30,792 nucleotides of DNA from a virus (lineage: Duplodnaviria > Caudoviricetes): positions 1-30,792 of IMG/VR virus record IMGVR_UViG_3300020044_008920. The stretch is one strand, 5' to 3'. The notes beneath the pieces are model-generated. The model saw only the letters and a program-made list of their open reading frames with translations. It was not told where the DNA came from and did not search any database. This document shows positions 1 through 8,991 of the stretch, piece by piece (position 1 is the stretch's first letter; the number at the start of each line of letters is the position of its first letter). The position numbers and the translations under genes are program-made.

Positions 1-1
1 G

Positions 2-1744
2 CATTTTATCACGATTTGCAAGTCTGCCCGTGTCGGCGGAACTTTGTTTTCCATCCTGGCGCTTTCACATAAGGTCGATATTTGGCCTGGCCCTATTCTT
101 TGGGTCGATCCAACGCGCAAGACTGCCCTGCGCGTGAGCCGAAACGAAATTGAGGCTTTCCTGCTGGAGTGCGGACCGGTAAAGGCCAAGGCAGTTATCG
201 ACAAGAAACATTGGACGACTCTTGAGCGGCACTTCCTAGGCTGTACGTTCGGCATGGTCGGGGCAGGCTCCGCTGCTGAACTAGCAGGCAGACAAGCCGA
301 GCTTCTAATCCTGAACGAAACGGACAAGCTAAAGCACGACCTGAAAGCCGAAGCGCCGCCGCATGAGTTAGCTATTGCCCGAACGAAGCAGTTCAGACAC
401 ACGCGCAAGATAATCGAGAACAGCACACCGACGACAGAGCGAGCGCGGGCATGGTCACGATTCAAGGCAGGCAACCAGCAATACTGTTACCTTCCCTGCC
501 CGCATTGCCGGACGATGCAACGACTCACCTTTTTCAGCGAAGAGAAGGAGGTTCCCTTTGCCGAGGATGGAACACCATTGCCGGAAGGAGAAACGCGAGT
601 CGAGAAAACCGGACGCTTCAAATTTGACCATTGCCGCGACGGCGAGGGCGAACACGCGGCGTTTGATTATGATGAGGTTGAACGATCCACCGTTTACGAG
701 TGCGGCAACTGCCAAAAGGACATCAACCACACATCGCTTAACTGGATGCTTCGCCGCCACCAATGGCGAGCACACAAGCCACACGCGCCACGCGATCATG
801 TGTCCTTTCACTTTTGGGCTGCTTACTCGCCCTTTGAGCATTGGGGCGTGGTTGCCAAAAAGTTCCTGGCCGCTCGTGGCAGCATTGGCCGGATGCACGA
901 CTTCTACAATTCCGACCTTGGCTTGCCATTCGTGAGGCATGCAACCGAGATTAAAGAGGATGATTTAGACCTCGTGGTGAAGCGCTCGCCTGAGTATTTC
1001 TTGCGGCAGATACCGCGCAAGCCGTTGCTCTTGACCATGACCGTTGACGTTCAGCAGTCGTGCTTTTGGTGGTCGATTCGAGCCTGGGGATTGCTCGAAG
1101 ATCACGCCGACGTTCCAACGTGGTCGGCTCTCATCGACTACGGCAGCGCGGTATCATGGGCGCAGATTGAAGAAATCGCAGGCATAACACCCGACCGCGA
1201 CGGCAAGACGAACAAGTACATTTATGTGGAAGAGTTCGGCGAAGTAACAGAGCACACGGTCTATGCTGGACTAATCGACTCAGGATTCGAGGCGAAGAGT
1301 AACAAGAACGTTTATGCGTTCTGTATTCGCAATGCCGACGTTTTCAGCCCGTCGAAAGGTGGCGGATGGCAACAACTTCGCGGCATGACGATTCGCAGTT
1401 CGCCTGTTGAAGACGACCAGTTAGACCTGCTCTGGTATGAGGACGACGGATTTAAACAGCAACTTTTCTACCACAGCATCAAAGAAGGCAAGGCGCTCTG
1501 GTGGTTGCCGCGCAACATCGACGCGACCTACAAGGCGCAGTTAATGAGCGAGCGAACAAAGGAAGTCACGCAGCCAGACGGGAGCACGAAGCTATCATGG
1601 GTAGTCGAAGGCGAAGACGGCAATCATCTCGCGGATACTGAGAAGATGCACCTAGTTCTCAGCGAAGTAATCGAGCAGGGAGAAGCATTCACGATTGCCC
1701 GCGACGAACTGAACGCAAAAAACAAGGTTGCGCCAGTTACATAG
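2..1744 (+). CDS. Terminase large subunit, lambda GpA family (5'-truncated by window edge)
   Basis: Frame is open from base 2 (HFITICKSARVGGT, a GpA-type Walker A-like motif). Also LLILNETDK (Walker B-like), ENSTPT, CPHC and CGNC Zn motifs, FYNSDLGLPF, TVDVQ nuclease motif and C-terminal NHLADT. Lies upstream of the portal. Confidence 0.92.
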   Translation, partial: HFITICKSARVGGTLFSILALSHKVDIWPGPILWVDPTRKTALRVSRNEIEAFLLECGPVKAKAVIDKKHWTTLERHFLGCTFGMVGAGSAAELAGRQAELLILNETDKLKHDLKAEAPPHELAIARTKQFRHTRKIIENSTPTTERARAWSRFKAGNQQYCYLPCPHCRTMQRLTFFSEEKEVPFAEDGTPLPEGETRVEKTGRFKFDHCRDGEGEHAAFDYDEVERSTVYECGNCQKDINHTSLNWMLRRHQWRAHKPHAPRDHVSFHFWAAYSPFEHWGVVAKKFLAARGSIGRMHDFYNSDLGLPFVRHATEIKEDDLDLVVKRSPEYFLRQIPRKPLLLTMTVDVQQSCFWWSIRAWGLLEDHADVPTWSALIDYGSAVSWAQIEEIAGITPDRDGKTNKYIYVEEFGEVTEHTVYAGLIDSGFEAKSNKNVYAFCIRNADVFSPSKGGGWQQLRGMTIRSSPVEDDQLDLLWYEDDGFKQQLFYHSIKEGKALWWLPRNIDATYKAQLMSERTKEVTQPDGSTKLSWVVEGEDGNHLADTEKMHLVLSEVIEQGEAFTIARDELNAKNKVAPVT

Positions 1745-1763
1745 AGCGCGAGACTTGCTTACT

Positions 1764-1769
1764 TTGACA
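1764..1769 (+). promoter_or_regulatory. TTGACA intergenic motif, copy 1 of 6 in late-region gaps
   Basis: ctTTGACAcgg lies just after the terminase stop; the same hexamer recurs at 4443, 6079, 7813, 12051 and 17389. Confidence 0.45.
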
Positions 1770-1819
1770 CGGCCAGCGGAATGACGTCCTTTGCTTTTGA
1801 ATAGCGAGGGAAAGTCCAA

Positions 1820-1839
1820 AAAAGTCACATGTGACTTTT
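1820..1839. promoter_or_regulatory. Perfect 20-bp palindrome, candidate operator
   Basis: AAAAGTCACATGTGACTTTT ends 6 nt before the ATG at 1846. Confidence 0.5.
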
Positions 1840-1845
1840 CCGCCG

Positions 1846-2142
1846 ATGACCGTTGAAACCTTCGCCGATATACTAGCTCAAGAAATGGAAGCGGATCAAT
1901 CGACCGCTTTCGTCGATTCGTTAATCAAAGATGCTCGTGCGGCGATCAAAGCGGGCAAAGGAACCATTGCCAGCCTTAGCAACTCAGGATTGAACGGCAA
2001 GACCTTTACCCGGCAAGTCCATCTTAGCGCCGCCGAAGTGCTGCAAGCCTGCCGCTTCGCGTTGGCTCAATATCTCAACGATGGCGAGGACGACACGCGA
2101 GTTAGTTCCAGCCGTCCCGACTTTTCCCAAATGTGCCGATGA
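1846..2142 (+). CDS. Small head protein, gpW-like head completion by position
   Basis: 98-aa ORF between terminase and portal (the lambda W position); its stop overlaps the portal start (ATGA). Function is inferred from synteny only. Confidence 0.5.
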   Translation: MTVETFADILAQEMEADQSTAFVDSLIKDARAAIKAGKGTIASLSNSGLNGKTFTRQVHLSAAEVLQACRFALAQYLNDGEDDTRVSSSRPDFSQMCR

Positions 2143-3596
2143 GTGACGTAATCCACAACGGTCAAGGAATCTCGGCGTATGACGCGGCTTCACAGTCTCC
2201 GAACCGCAGCAGCTTTGTCGCATTCCCGAACAACTCGCGCCGCGAACTAACGAGCGGCAACCGTCGTGAGATTGTGCGCAAGTCTCGCGCCCTTGAGGCC
2301 AATTGCCCGTTCCTGACTCGCATCGTGCGCAAATACGCACGGCACGCCATCGGCAGCGGGATTCACTTTCGCATCTTGTCGGAAGATGAGACGTTTAACG
2401 ATTCCGCCCGCCGCGACGTAGAGGAATGGTGGAACAATCCCGGCACCTATTCGGTCGATGGCAGCATAGACGGATGGACGGCAAAGCGGCTCGCTGTGGA
2501 GACGATGATTATTGATGGCGAGTTCAATGCGGCGATGACCAAATCAGCAGATTGGCCGATGCTTCAACCGCTCGACGTTTTCGAGATTGAGACGCCGAAT
2601 CCTTTGCGCGGCAGCGAGAAGCCGACCGATTGGGACGACGGCATTAGAATCAACGAACTGGAGCGTCCGATTGAATACGCCGTGAAGTCTTTGCCTCGTG
2701 GCAACCTGACGCAGGATGTGAAAGGTTATTCATACGTCCCGGCCTTGTCGATGATCCACATTCACCGACGCCGCAGGATTCGCGGGCATCGTGGCCTGCC
2801 ATGGGGATACTCTGGACTCAACAAAGGAATCGACGCCCTCGATCTTGCCTCGCTTTGCACCGGCACGGCCAAGCTACACTCTGCGCTCGCTGTAACGGTT
2901 AAGCGAACAGGGCGCAAAGGCAAGCGTGGAGCAATCAGCAAGATTACAGACGGCAGCGGAGGCGTTGATCCAACGGACACGACCGCGCTCGAAAAGGTGT
3001 ACGGCTCGATGATTAACTACGTCGGCGAAAACGGCGAGATTGACCTCAAATCTAGCTCGCATCCGACCGTCAATTTGATGGAGTTTATCAAAATGCTTTT
3101 TGCCGAGATGAGCCTTGGCTTTGACGTTCCTGTTTCCGTCATGTGGTCGCTGTCTGAAATCGGCGGCACCGCAGTTCGCTCCGACATGGAGGACGCACAG
3201 GCGAGCTTCGATGTCGTGACTGACATGATCGTTTGGCACTATGTGCGCCGCGAGGTTATCTGGAAGATTTCAACCGCGATTAACAGCGGACGAATCGCCG
3301 CACCGAAAGACCCGCACTGGTACTCCAAAATGGTGTTTCGCGGGCCGCGCAAGCTCACCGTTGACGTTGGGCGCATGGCGTCGGCATTCAAGACGCTCAC
3401 CCGCAACGCAGGCATGAGCATTCCGCGCTTTTTGGAAGAGCAAGGCTTCGATGCCTACGAAGAGGCACGCGATAACAACAAGTACCTCAAATACATTAAG
3501 GAACTCTACGAATCAACCAATGTGCCGGTCGAATGGGTTTATGAACCGACACCCGGCACCGTGAACCAGATCAATGTTAACCCCTCGCAAGAATGA
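2139..3596 (+). CDS. Portal protein, lambda family
   Basis: About 485 aa; RKSRALEAN, IIDGEF, DGIRINELERPIEYAV, IHIHRRRRIRGHRGLP resemble lambda gpB-type portals; position fits. Confidence 0.88.
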   Translation: MSDVIHNGQGISAYDAASQSPNRSSFVAFPNNSRRELTSGNRREIVRKSRALEANCPFLTRIVRKYARHAIGSGIHFRILSEDETFNDSARRDVEEWWNNPGTYSVDGSIDGWTAKRLAVETMIIDGEFNAAMTKSADWPMLQPLDVFEIETPNPLRGSEKPTDWDDGIRINELERPIEYAVKSLPRGNLTQDVKGYSYVPALSMIHIHRRRRIRGHRGLPWGYSGLNKGIDALDLASLCTGTAKLHSALAVTVKRTGRKGKRGAISKITDGSGGVDPTDTTALEKVYGSMINYVGENGEIDLKSSSHPTVNLMEFIKMLFAEMSLGFDVPVSVMWSLSEIGGTAVRSDMEDAQASFDVVTDMIVWHYVRREVIWKISTAINSGRIAAPKDPHWYSKMVFRGPRKLTVDVGRMASAFKTLTRNAGMSIPRFLEEQGFDAYEEARDNNKYLKYIKELYESTNVPVEWVYEPTPGTVNQINVNPSQE

Positions 3597-4441
3597 AGAC
3601 TTACCCGCAGCTTACCCGCAAACTGTTCTGCTCACCTTTGATGCTTCATGCGCCGACTCGCGCAGCATTTGAAAGCGTACTTACCGGGCGCATGTTTGGC
3701 AAGACTTCCGACGAAGCCTTGCCGGTTGCGATCATCAACGACAAGCCTGTTTCTGCCCGCACGCAGAGCATTTACCGCACGTTTAAAAACGTGGCAGTCG
3801 TGACCATCGACGGCGTGATTGATAAGCGAATCTCAGACTTTGATGCCGAGTGTTATGGAGGCGTTGATCTTGCTGATGTAGATGTCGCGCTTTATCTCGC
3901 AGACAACGACGACGAGATTGATACTGTCGTGCTCGACATCCATTCCCCAGGCGGCAGCGTGGTTGGCGTTGCCGATACGCATGCACGAATCAAGGCGATG
4001 TCGGAAACCAAGGAAATCCATGCTTTCGTCAATGCCATGTGCTGTTCTGCTGGCTACTACCTCGCCAGTGCTGCGGACGTAATCAGCGCCTCACCTTCTG
4101 CCATCGTGGGAAGCATTGGCGTGTACTGCGGCATTCTCGATGCCAGCGAGCACTACGCCGCGCTGGGACTCAAGATGCAGTTCATACAAGGCGGCAAGTT
4201 CAAGACCACGGGCAGCGAGTTCAAACCGCTGAACGATGAAGAAAAAGCAATGCTACAGGCTGGCGTGGATAGCACTTACAACGCCTTCAAAGCTGCGTGC
4301 TCCGAACGCCGCGCCATCGCTGATTCATCTATGCAGGGTCAATGGTTCACGGGAGCGGAGGCCAACACGCTTGGACTCGTTGACAAGCTCACCGGGGCAA
4401 CGCTTGACGAGTATGTTTCAAGCATCCTGTTGAGCCGCTAG
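3593..4441 (+). CDS. Head maturation protease, peptidase S49 (SppA/gpC-like)
   Basis: LDIHSPGGSV, CCSAGYYLASAAD, VGSIGV and GKFKT are S49 motifs. Confidence 0.92.
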   Translation: MKTYPQLTRKLFCSPLMLHAPTRAAFESVLTGRMFGKTSDEALPVAIINDKPVSARTQSIYRTFKNVAVVTIDGVIDKRISDFDAECYGGVDLADVDVALYLADNDDEIDTVVLDIHSPGGSVVGVADTHARIKAMSETKEIHAFVNAMCCSAGYYLASAADVISASPSAIVGSIGVYCGILDASEHYAALGLKMQFIQGGKFKTTGSEFKPLNDEEKAMLQAGVDSTYNAFKAACSERRAIADSSMQGQWFTGAEANTLGLVDKLTGATLDEYVSSILLSR

Positions 4442-4468
4442 TTTGACACGGTGGGGCATGGCAAGACC

Positions 4469-4816
4469 ATGTTCAATTCCACCGAAATCGCCAAGCTACA
4501 ATCTCGCATTGCCGAGCTTGAAGGCATCTCCACCGAAGCAACGGCTAGCATCGCTGACCTTAAAGCCTCGCTCGACGAATCCTCGAACACTATTGCCGCG
4601 CACGTTGCGACGATTGCCGACCTCAACGCCAAGGTCGAAGCCGCCGAGGCCGCGATTCAATCCGAGGTTACAAACCGCCTCGCCGCCGCTGGCATTGATC
4701 CAATCGCCCGCGCTGCCGCCTCCGAGGCTCCGCAGGAAATGACCCGCGCCGAGTTCAAGAAACTCTCCGCAAAAGCCAAGGCCGAGTTCTGCTCAAACGG
4801 CGGCGTGATCCTTTAA
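4469..4816 (+). CDS. Putative capsid scaffolding protein
   Basis: 115-aa Ala/Glu-rich coiled-coil ORF between protease and capsid, with a short C-terminal helical motif (MTRAEFKKLSAKAKAEF). Confidence 0.6.
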   Translation: MFNSTEIAKLQSRIAELEGISTEATASIADLKASLDESSNTIAAHVATIADLNAKVEAAEAAIQSEVTNRLAAAGIDPIARAAASEAPQEMTRAEFKKLSAKAKAEFCSNGGVIL

Positions 4817-4853
4817 CGAAATACCAGAAACCTCCAGCAAATAACACACCACC

Positions 4854-6017
4854 ATGGCTAACACTCTTTCCAATCTCATCCCTGACGTTTACGCCGCGCT
4901 TGACGTGGTTTCTCGCGAACTCACCGGCGCGATCAACGGCGTCGCACGCGACCCGAAAGCCGACCGTCTGGCAACTAACCAGACTTTGCGCATTCCGCAG
5001 ACTCCGGTAAACACGACCTCGACGTTCACGCCAGCAATGGCGATTCCTGCCGCTGTCGATCAGACGATTGCAAATGCAACCGTGACCCTCAGCAAAAACA
5101 AGTATGCCGCCTTTAGCTGGACGGGCGAAGAAGAATACGCAGTCGATCAAGGCGCGGGCTTCCTCTCCATCCAACAGGGCCAGATTGCCCAGGCGTTCCG
5201 CGTGCTCGTCAACGAGATGGAAAACGACCTGTGCGACACCATCGCCGCAAACGCCTCCCGCGCATACGGCACCGCAGGCACAACGCCGTTTGCGTCCACC
5301 CTTGGCGATTCCGCCCAGGCTCGCAAAATCCTCGACGACAACGGCGCTCCGATGTCGGGCCGCTCGCTCGTTATCGACACTGCAGCGGGCGCTGCTCTGC
5401 GCACCCTGGCGCAGTTGACCAAGGCCAACGAGGCCGGAACCGCCATGACCCTTCGCGATGGTGAACTGCTCAACCTTCACGGCTTCTCTGTCCGTGAGTC
5501 TGCGCAGATCAACACAGCCACAGCAGGCAACATGGCTAGCGCAACTTCCACCAGTGCCGCCTTCACGGTCGGACAGACTGTGATTCCGCTGGCTACCGCT
5601 GGCACTGGCGTTGTTGCCGCTGGCGACATCGTGACGTTTGCCAACGACACCAACAAGTATGTGGTGGCTAGCGTCTCCTTCGCTGGTGCAAACCCTGCCT
5701 CTGGCGACAGCATCACGCTTGCTGCTCCCGGCTTGCGTGTTGCTCAAGGTGCCGCAACCCGTGCGATCACGGTCATTGCCACAAGCTCGCGCAACCTCGC
5801 GTTTAGTTCGGACTCAACGGTTCTTTGCACCCGTCTGCCGATCTTCCCAAGCTCCGGAGACCTCGCTATCGACAGCGAAGTCATTACCGATCCTCGCACC
5901 GGCATTAGCTTCGACCTGCGCCAGTATCCAGGCGACGGCATGACGCTTTTCCGCATTCATGCACTGTGGGGTTATAAGGTGGTTAAACCTGCCCACGCCG
6001 CCCTGCTTCTCGGCTAA
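4854..6017 (+). CDS. Major capsid protein, P22 coat-like HK97 fold with a beta-rich insertion
   Basis: 387 aa starting MANTLSNLIPDVYAALDVVSRE; ARKILDDNGAP; C-terminal LWGYKVVKPAHA; followed by an intrinsic terminator. Confidence 0.85.
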   Translation: MANTLSNLIPDVYAALDVVSRELTGAINGVARDPKADRLATNQTLRIPQTPVNTTSTFTPAMAIPAAVDQTIANATVTLSKNKYAAFSWTGEEEYAVDQGAGFLSIQQGQIAQAFRVLVNEMENDLCDTIAANASRAYGTAGTTPFASTLGDSAQARKILDDNGAPMSGRSLVIDTAAGAALRTLAQLTKANEAGTAMTLRDGELLNLHGFSVRESAQINTATAGNMASATSTSAAFTVGQTVIPLATAGTGVVAAGDIVTFANDTNKYVVASVSFAGANPASGDSITLAAPGLRVAQGAATRAITVIATSSRNLAFSSDSTVLCTRLPIFPSSGDLAIDSEVITDPRTGISFDLRQYPGDGMTLFRIHALWGYKVVKPAHAALLLG

Positions 6018-6044
6018 GTTCTTTGTGTGTCATATTGGGTAGTG

Positions 6045-6080
6045 AACGCCGCTCCTTAACCGGGGCGGCGTTTTCATTTT
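6045..6080 (+). terminator. Rho-independent terminator after major capsid gene
   Basis: Stem AACGCCGCTCC / GGGGCGGCGTT (11 bp, one G-U), loop TTAACC, then a T-rich tract. Confidence 0.8.
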
Positions 6081-6097
6081 GACAGTGCCGACGAAGT

Positions 6098-6436
6098 ATG
6101 TCCGCCTTTGACGACTTTAACGATTACGGCTTCGATGAAGCTGCCTCCGTCTTTGGCGTTGATTCTTTTACCATCGGCGGAATCGCAACGACCTTTGAAG
6201 GCGTGTTAAACGAGTTCGGCGCAGAGAAGCAAGTCGATTTCGGCGGACTTACTGGAACCTATACCGCGACCATCATCGCCGAGATTGACCAGTTCGACGA
6301 TGTTACCGGCCCGCTAGAACGCACGCTGGACGGGCGGACACTGGTTGTCGATGGGCGCATATTCAAAATCAACCGCTGCTTGCTGGACGATAGCACGCTC
6401 ACAATCGGACTCACTAACCCAAACAAGACGCGATGA
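6098..6436 (+). CDS. Putative head-tail adaptor / head closure protein
   Basis: 112-aa beta-rich ORF directly after the capsid gene; synteny only. Confidence 0.5.
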   Translation: MSAFDDFNDYGFDEAASVFGVDSFTIGGIATTFEGVLNEFGAEKQVDFGGLTGTYTATIIAEIDQFDDVTGPLERTLDGRTLVVDGRIFKINRCLLDDSTLTIGLTNPNKTR

Positions 6437-7248
6437 GCAAGCCGCTAGTAAGCGTTGATGTTGACGTATCGGCCCTGCAAAGGTCGATCAATCGCATGGC
6501 GCTCGAAGTCGGGAAGAGCATGCCGTCGCTACTAAAGCAAAACGGGAGACTGTTAGCCTGGAATCTTGCCTTCAACACGCGCACGGCTCGCATGTTCGGA
6601 CTCACGAAGGCAGTTCAGAAGGCGATGGACGACAAGGTAACAAAGGCAATCAGCGCCACGTTCATTTCTTCCAAAAAGGTATTTCAGGAGATAGCGCAGA
6701 TCGAGAAAAAAGCCGCCAACGGCTTCGCGTCTCTTATCAAGCGCGGCGAATACGAAAAGGCGAAGGACATCATCGACGCCATGGTGCCGAAATACAAAGG
6801 CATCGACCTTGGCCCGATGCCGCAAGGGCTGGAAGGCAATAGCCGCGACAGGCACGAGAAATATATCGTTACCGAGCAAAAGCCTTTGAAGGAATACATC
6901 GCCAAACGGCTCAAGATGGTCGGATGGGGCAAGGCCGGATGGATTAGCGCAGGCTCACAACTCGGCAACGTGAGCAAGGTTCCGGCATGGGTGACGCGGC
7001 ACAAAGGCAGAAGCCCAGGCAATGCCCAGGACGACAGCAACGCGCCAAATCCGAGCGTGTCGCTGACTAACTCGGTTAACTACATCAACGCGATTATCAC
7101 AGACGGCAATCTCAAGCATGCTCTCGCGATCCAAATGCAGAAAATGCAAAAGCACTTAGAGCATGTGCTACTCCACGGCGGCAAAGCGGCAGGCTTTAGC
7201 ATGACACCAACGGCACCGAGCGAAGACCCGGCCAACGCATCGAACTAA
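6433..7248 (+). CDS. Putative neck / tail completion protein
   Basis: Basic 271-aa ORF with GWGKAGW and LTNSVNY, reminiscent of HK97 gp10-like neck proteins; position fits. Confidence 0.45.
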   Translation: MSKPLVSVDVDVSALQRSINRMALEVGKSMPSLLKQNGRLLAWNLAFNTRTARMFGLTKAVQKAMDDKVTKAISATFISSKKVFQEIAQIEKKAANGFASLIKRGEYEKAKDIIDAMVPKYKGIDLGPMPQGLEGNSRDRHEKYIVTEQKPLKEYIAKRLKMVGWGKAGWISAGSQLGNVSKVPAWVTRHKGRSPGNAQDDSNAPNPSVSLTNSVNYINAIITDGNLKHALAIQMQKMQKHLEHVLLHGGKAAGFSMTPTAPSEDPANASN

Positions 7249-7249
7249 C

Positions 7250-7810
7250 ATGAATCGACCCCTCAAACGCAAGTTGGAGAACCTAGCAATGAAGTATCTG
7301 GACGCGAATAAGACCGGCAAGGCTTACGCGGACATTTCAATCGTCACGAGTGGCGGCACCACGCTAGCCGATGAGGTAGCCATTGACGCAGGCTCCGCAG
7401 CATCGACCACAGCGGAACCCTCGTTGCCGTTCATCATGTGTCTTGCGACGATCACGCCGGACTCCGAACTGCCAGGAGTCGCAGCCTTCGAGCTTACTGT
7501 CCACCTTAGCACAGACGCGACCGGCATTGCTTCCGATCGCAACGGCACAGATGAGATTTTGCGCGACCTTTACGACGTTCTAATTGCTCCAGCCAATGAC
7601 GCTGCCGCATTTGATGACGGCAATAAGGAGTTTGGCGCACTGGTAACTTACGCGAACAAGCCTGGAGGCAGCGACACGCGGCAGACTTACCGTAAACCGC
7701 TCCATGTGTACAACATGTGGCTATCCGGTAACGCCACGCAGAGCTTTGATGATTGCTGGCACGATCAGATAATCATGGCGGGACACGCTCAAGACATGGA
7801 CAACTCTTGA
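7250..7810 (+). CDS. Putative tail terminator protein
   Basis: Acidic 186-aa ORF immediately before the putative tail tube gene; synteny only. Confidence 0.4.
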   Translation: MNRPLKRKLENLAMKYLDANKTGKAYADISIVTSGGTTLADEVAIDAGSAASTTAEPSLPFIMCLATITPDSELPGVAAFELTVHLSTDATGIASDRNGTDEILRDLYDVLIAPANDAAAFDDGNKEFGALVTYANKPGGSDTRQTYRKPLHVYNMWLSGNATQSFDDCWHDQIIMAGHAQDMDNS

Positions 7811-7834
7811 TTTTGACACGCGAGCCAAGTTACT

Positions 7835-8176
7835 ATGGCCGCCACTGTTCTCGGAACCGCACATCTTTACGGAATCGAAGGCACCGTTGCTAACGCGACG
7901 GTCCTCAAGTTCGATGTTAAACAATCCTGCAAAAACGTCGCCGTTACGGAAGACGAAACTGGACGCGAAATTGAACGCCGTTACGACGACATTCATTATG
8001 ACGCGTCGCTTACGATTCGCCTGCGCACTTCGTATTCGCTCCCTGCCATAGGCTCGACGCTGACCTATAACAGCATTGTTTACGAAGTCGTAGAGCACAC
8101 GAAGAACACCACGAACAAGGGTTTTCGCGAGCTTACCTTGACCGTCAAGAAATCCGAAGCCGTCGCCTACGCTTAA
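7835..8176 (+). CDS. Putative major tail (tube) protein, very small
   Basis: 113-aa beta-rich ORF preceded by the TTGACA motif, at the tube-gene position before chaperone and tape measure. Confidence 0.45.
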   Translation: MAATVLGTAHLYGIEGTVANATVLKFDVKQSCKNVAVTEDETGREIERRYDDIHYDASLTIRLRTSYSLPAIGSTLTYNSIVYEVVEHTKNTTNKGFRELTLTVKKSEAVAYA

Positions 8177-8179
8177 GCC

Positions 8180-8344
8180 ATGACTCCCGACGAAAAAGCA
8201 GCGGCACCAACCACCATTCTCAACCTTCGCAACCGCGCCAAGGTTGAAGAAAACAAGGAGCGTGCCGCTGCTTGGACAAAGGAAGCCGAGGAAATCGAGA
8301 GGGCGCTCAAGGTCAAACCCGCCAGGAAAAAGGACGATGAATGA
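8180..8344 (+). CDS. Small hypothetical protein (54 aa, not in ORF track)
   Basis: MTPDEKAAAPTTILNLRNRAKVEENKERAAAWTKEAEEIERALKVKPARKKDDE fills the gap exactly; its stop overlaps the next start (ATGA). Confidence 0.6.
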   Translation: MTPDEKAAAPTTILNLRNRAKVEENKERAAAWTKEAEEIERALKVKPARKKDDE

Positions 8345-8991
8345 AGAACGCCTTCTACCGCTCACTTTTTCCCGGCATTGCTACCGTTTGCGGCGTTGAA
8401 CTGCCGCCCTTGACGCTGTGGCGGATGGCTTGCCTTCAAGCCGTAGCATCGCCCTTCATCTCGCCCGACTCGACAACGAAGATCGACCTTGCGGCGTTGC
8501 TGCTAGCCTTGCGAGTCGTCCGCACTGGCAACCTCGAAGCGCCAGACTTGCGCGTTACGTTTCGCGACAAGCTAACCTATTGGCGGCACAAAAAAGATCG
8601 CGCTTACTTTGAGCAGAACGCACGCGCCTTTGTGGAGTGGTTGAACGCTCACAGTATCCGGCCCGAACTGTGGCAGGACGACGACGGCGAAACGGGCAGG
8701 CAGATCACGGCCCCGTATCTCGTGGCGCAAGTTGTCGCTTTGATGTCCTGCGGGATGTCGCACGTTGAAGCCTGGAATACAGTTCCCGGCTATGCTGATT
8801 GGTTGATCCTGGCAAAGGCCGAACGCGAGTCCGACCGCGTGAAATTTCACGACGACGAAGACGACGAGATTAACGCCGAGGTCGATGCAATGAACCAACG
8901 CAGCGAGGCCGAAATCATCGCCCAGGCAAAAGCCGACCTTTCGCAAGAGTCGTTCAACCGCTGGCTGTCTGCCCGCCAATCCAGAACCTAA
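8341..8991 (+). CDS. Putative tail assembly chaperone
   Basis: 216-aa ORF directly upstream of the tape measure gene; synteny only. Confidence 0.45.
   Translation: MKNAFYRSLFPGIATVCGVELPPLTLWRMACLQAVASPFISPDSTTKIDLAALLLALRVVRTGNLEAPDLRVTFRDKLTYWRHKKDRAYFEQNARAFVEWLNAHSIRPELWQDDDGETGRQITAPYLVAQVVALMSCGMSHVEAWNTVPGYADWLILAKAERESDRVKFHDDEDDEINAEVDAMNQRSEAEIIAQAKADLSQESFNRWLSARQSRT

Noticed and set aside
1781-1804. Mini-ORF MTSFAFE following the first TTGACA motif
   Set aside because: Seven codons with no independent support.
4380-4385. Additional TTGACA inside the protease gene
   Set aside because: It is explained by codons (V-D-K) and is not at a gene boundary, so it was not counted with the intergenic motif.
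4755-5747. 330-aa minus-strand ORF and similar long antisense ORFs (8988-9626, 14091-14747, 29866-30777)
   Set aside because: They shadow well-supported + strand genes in GC-rich DNA and show no recognisable motifs.
8324-8344. Possible -1 frameshift (AGG AAA AAG) fusing the 54-aa ORF to the 216-aa chaperone-like ORF, as in lambda G/GT
   Set aside because: The -1 frame hits TGA at 8338-8340, immediately before ATG 8341, so no fusion is possible from this site.
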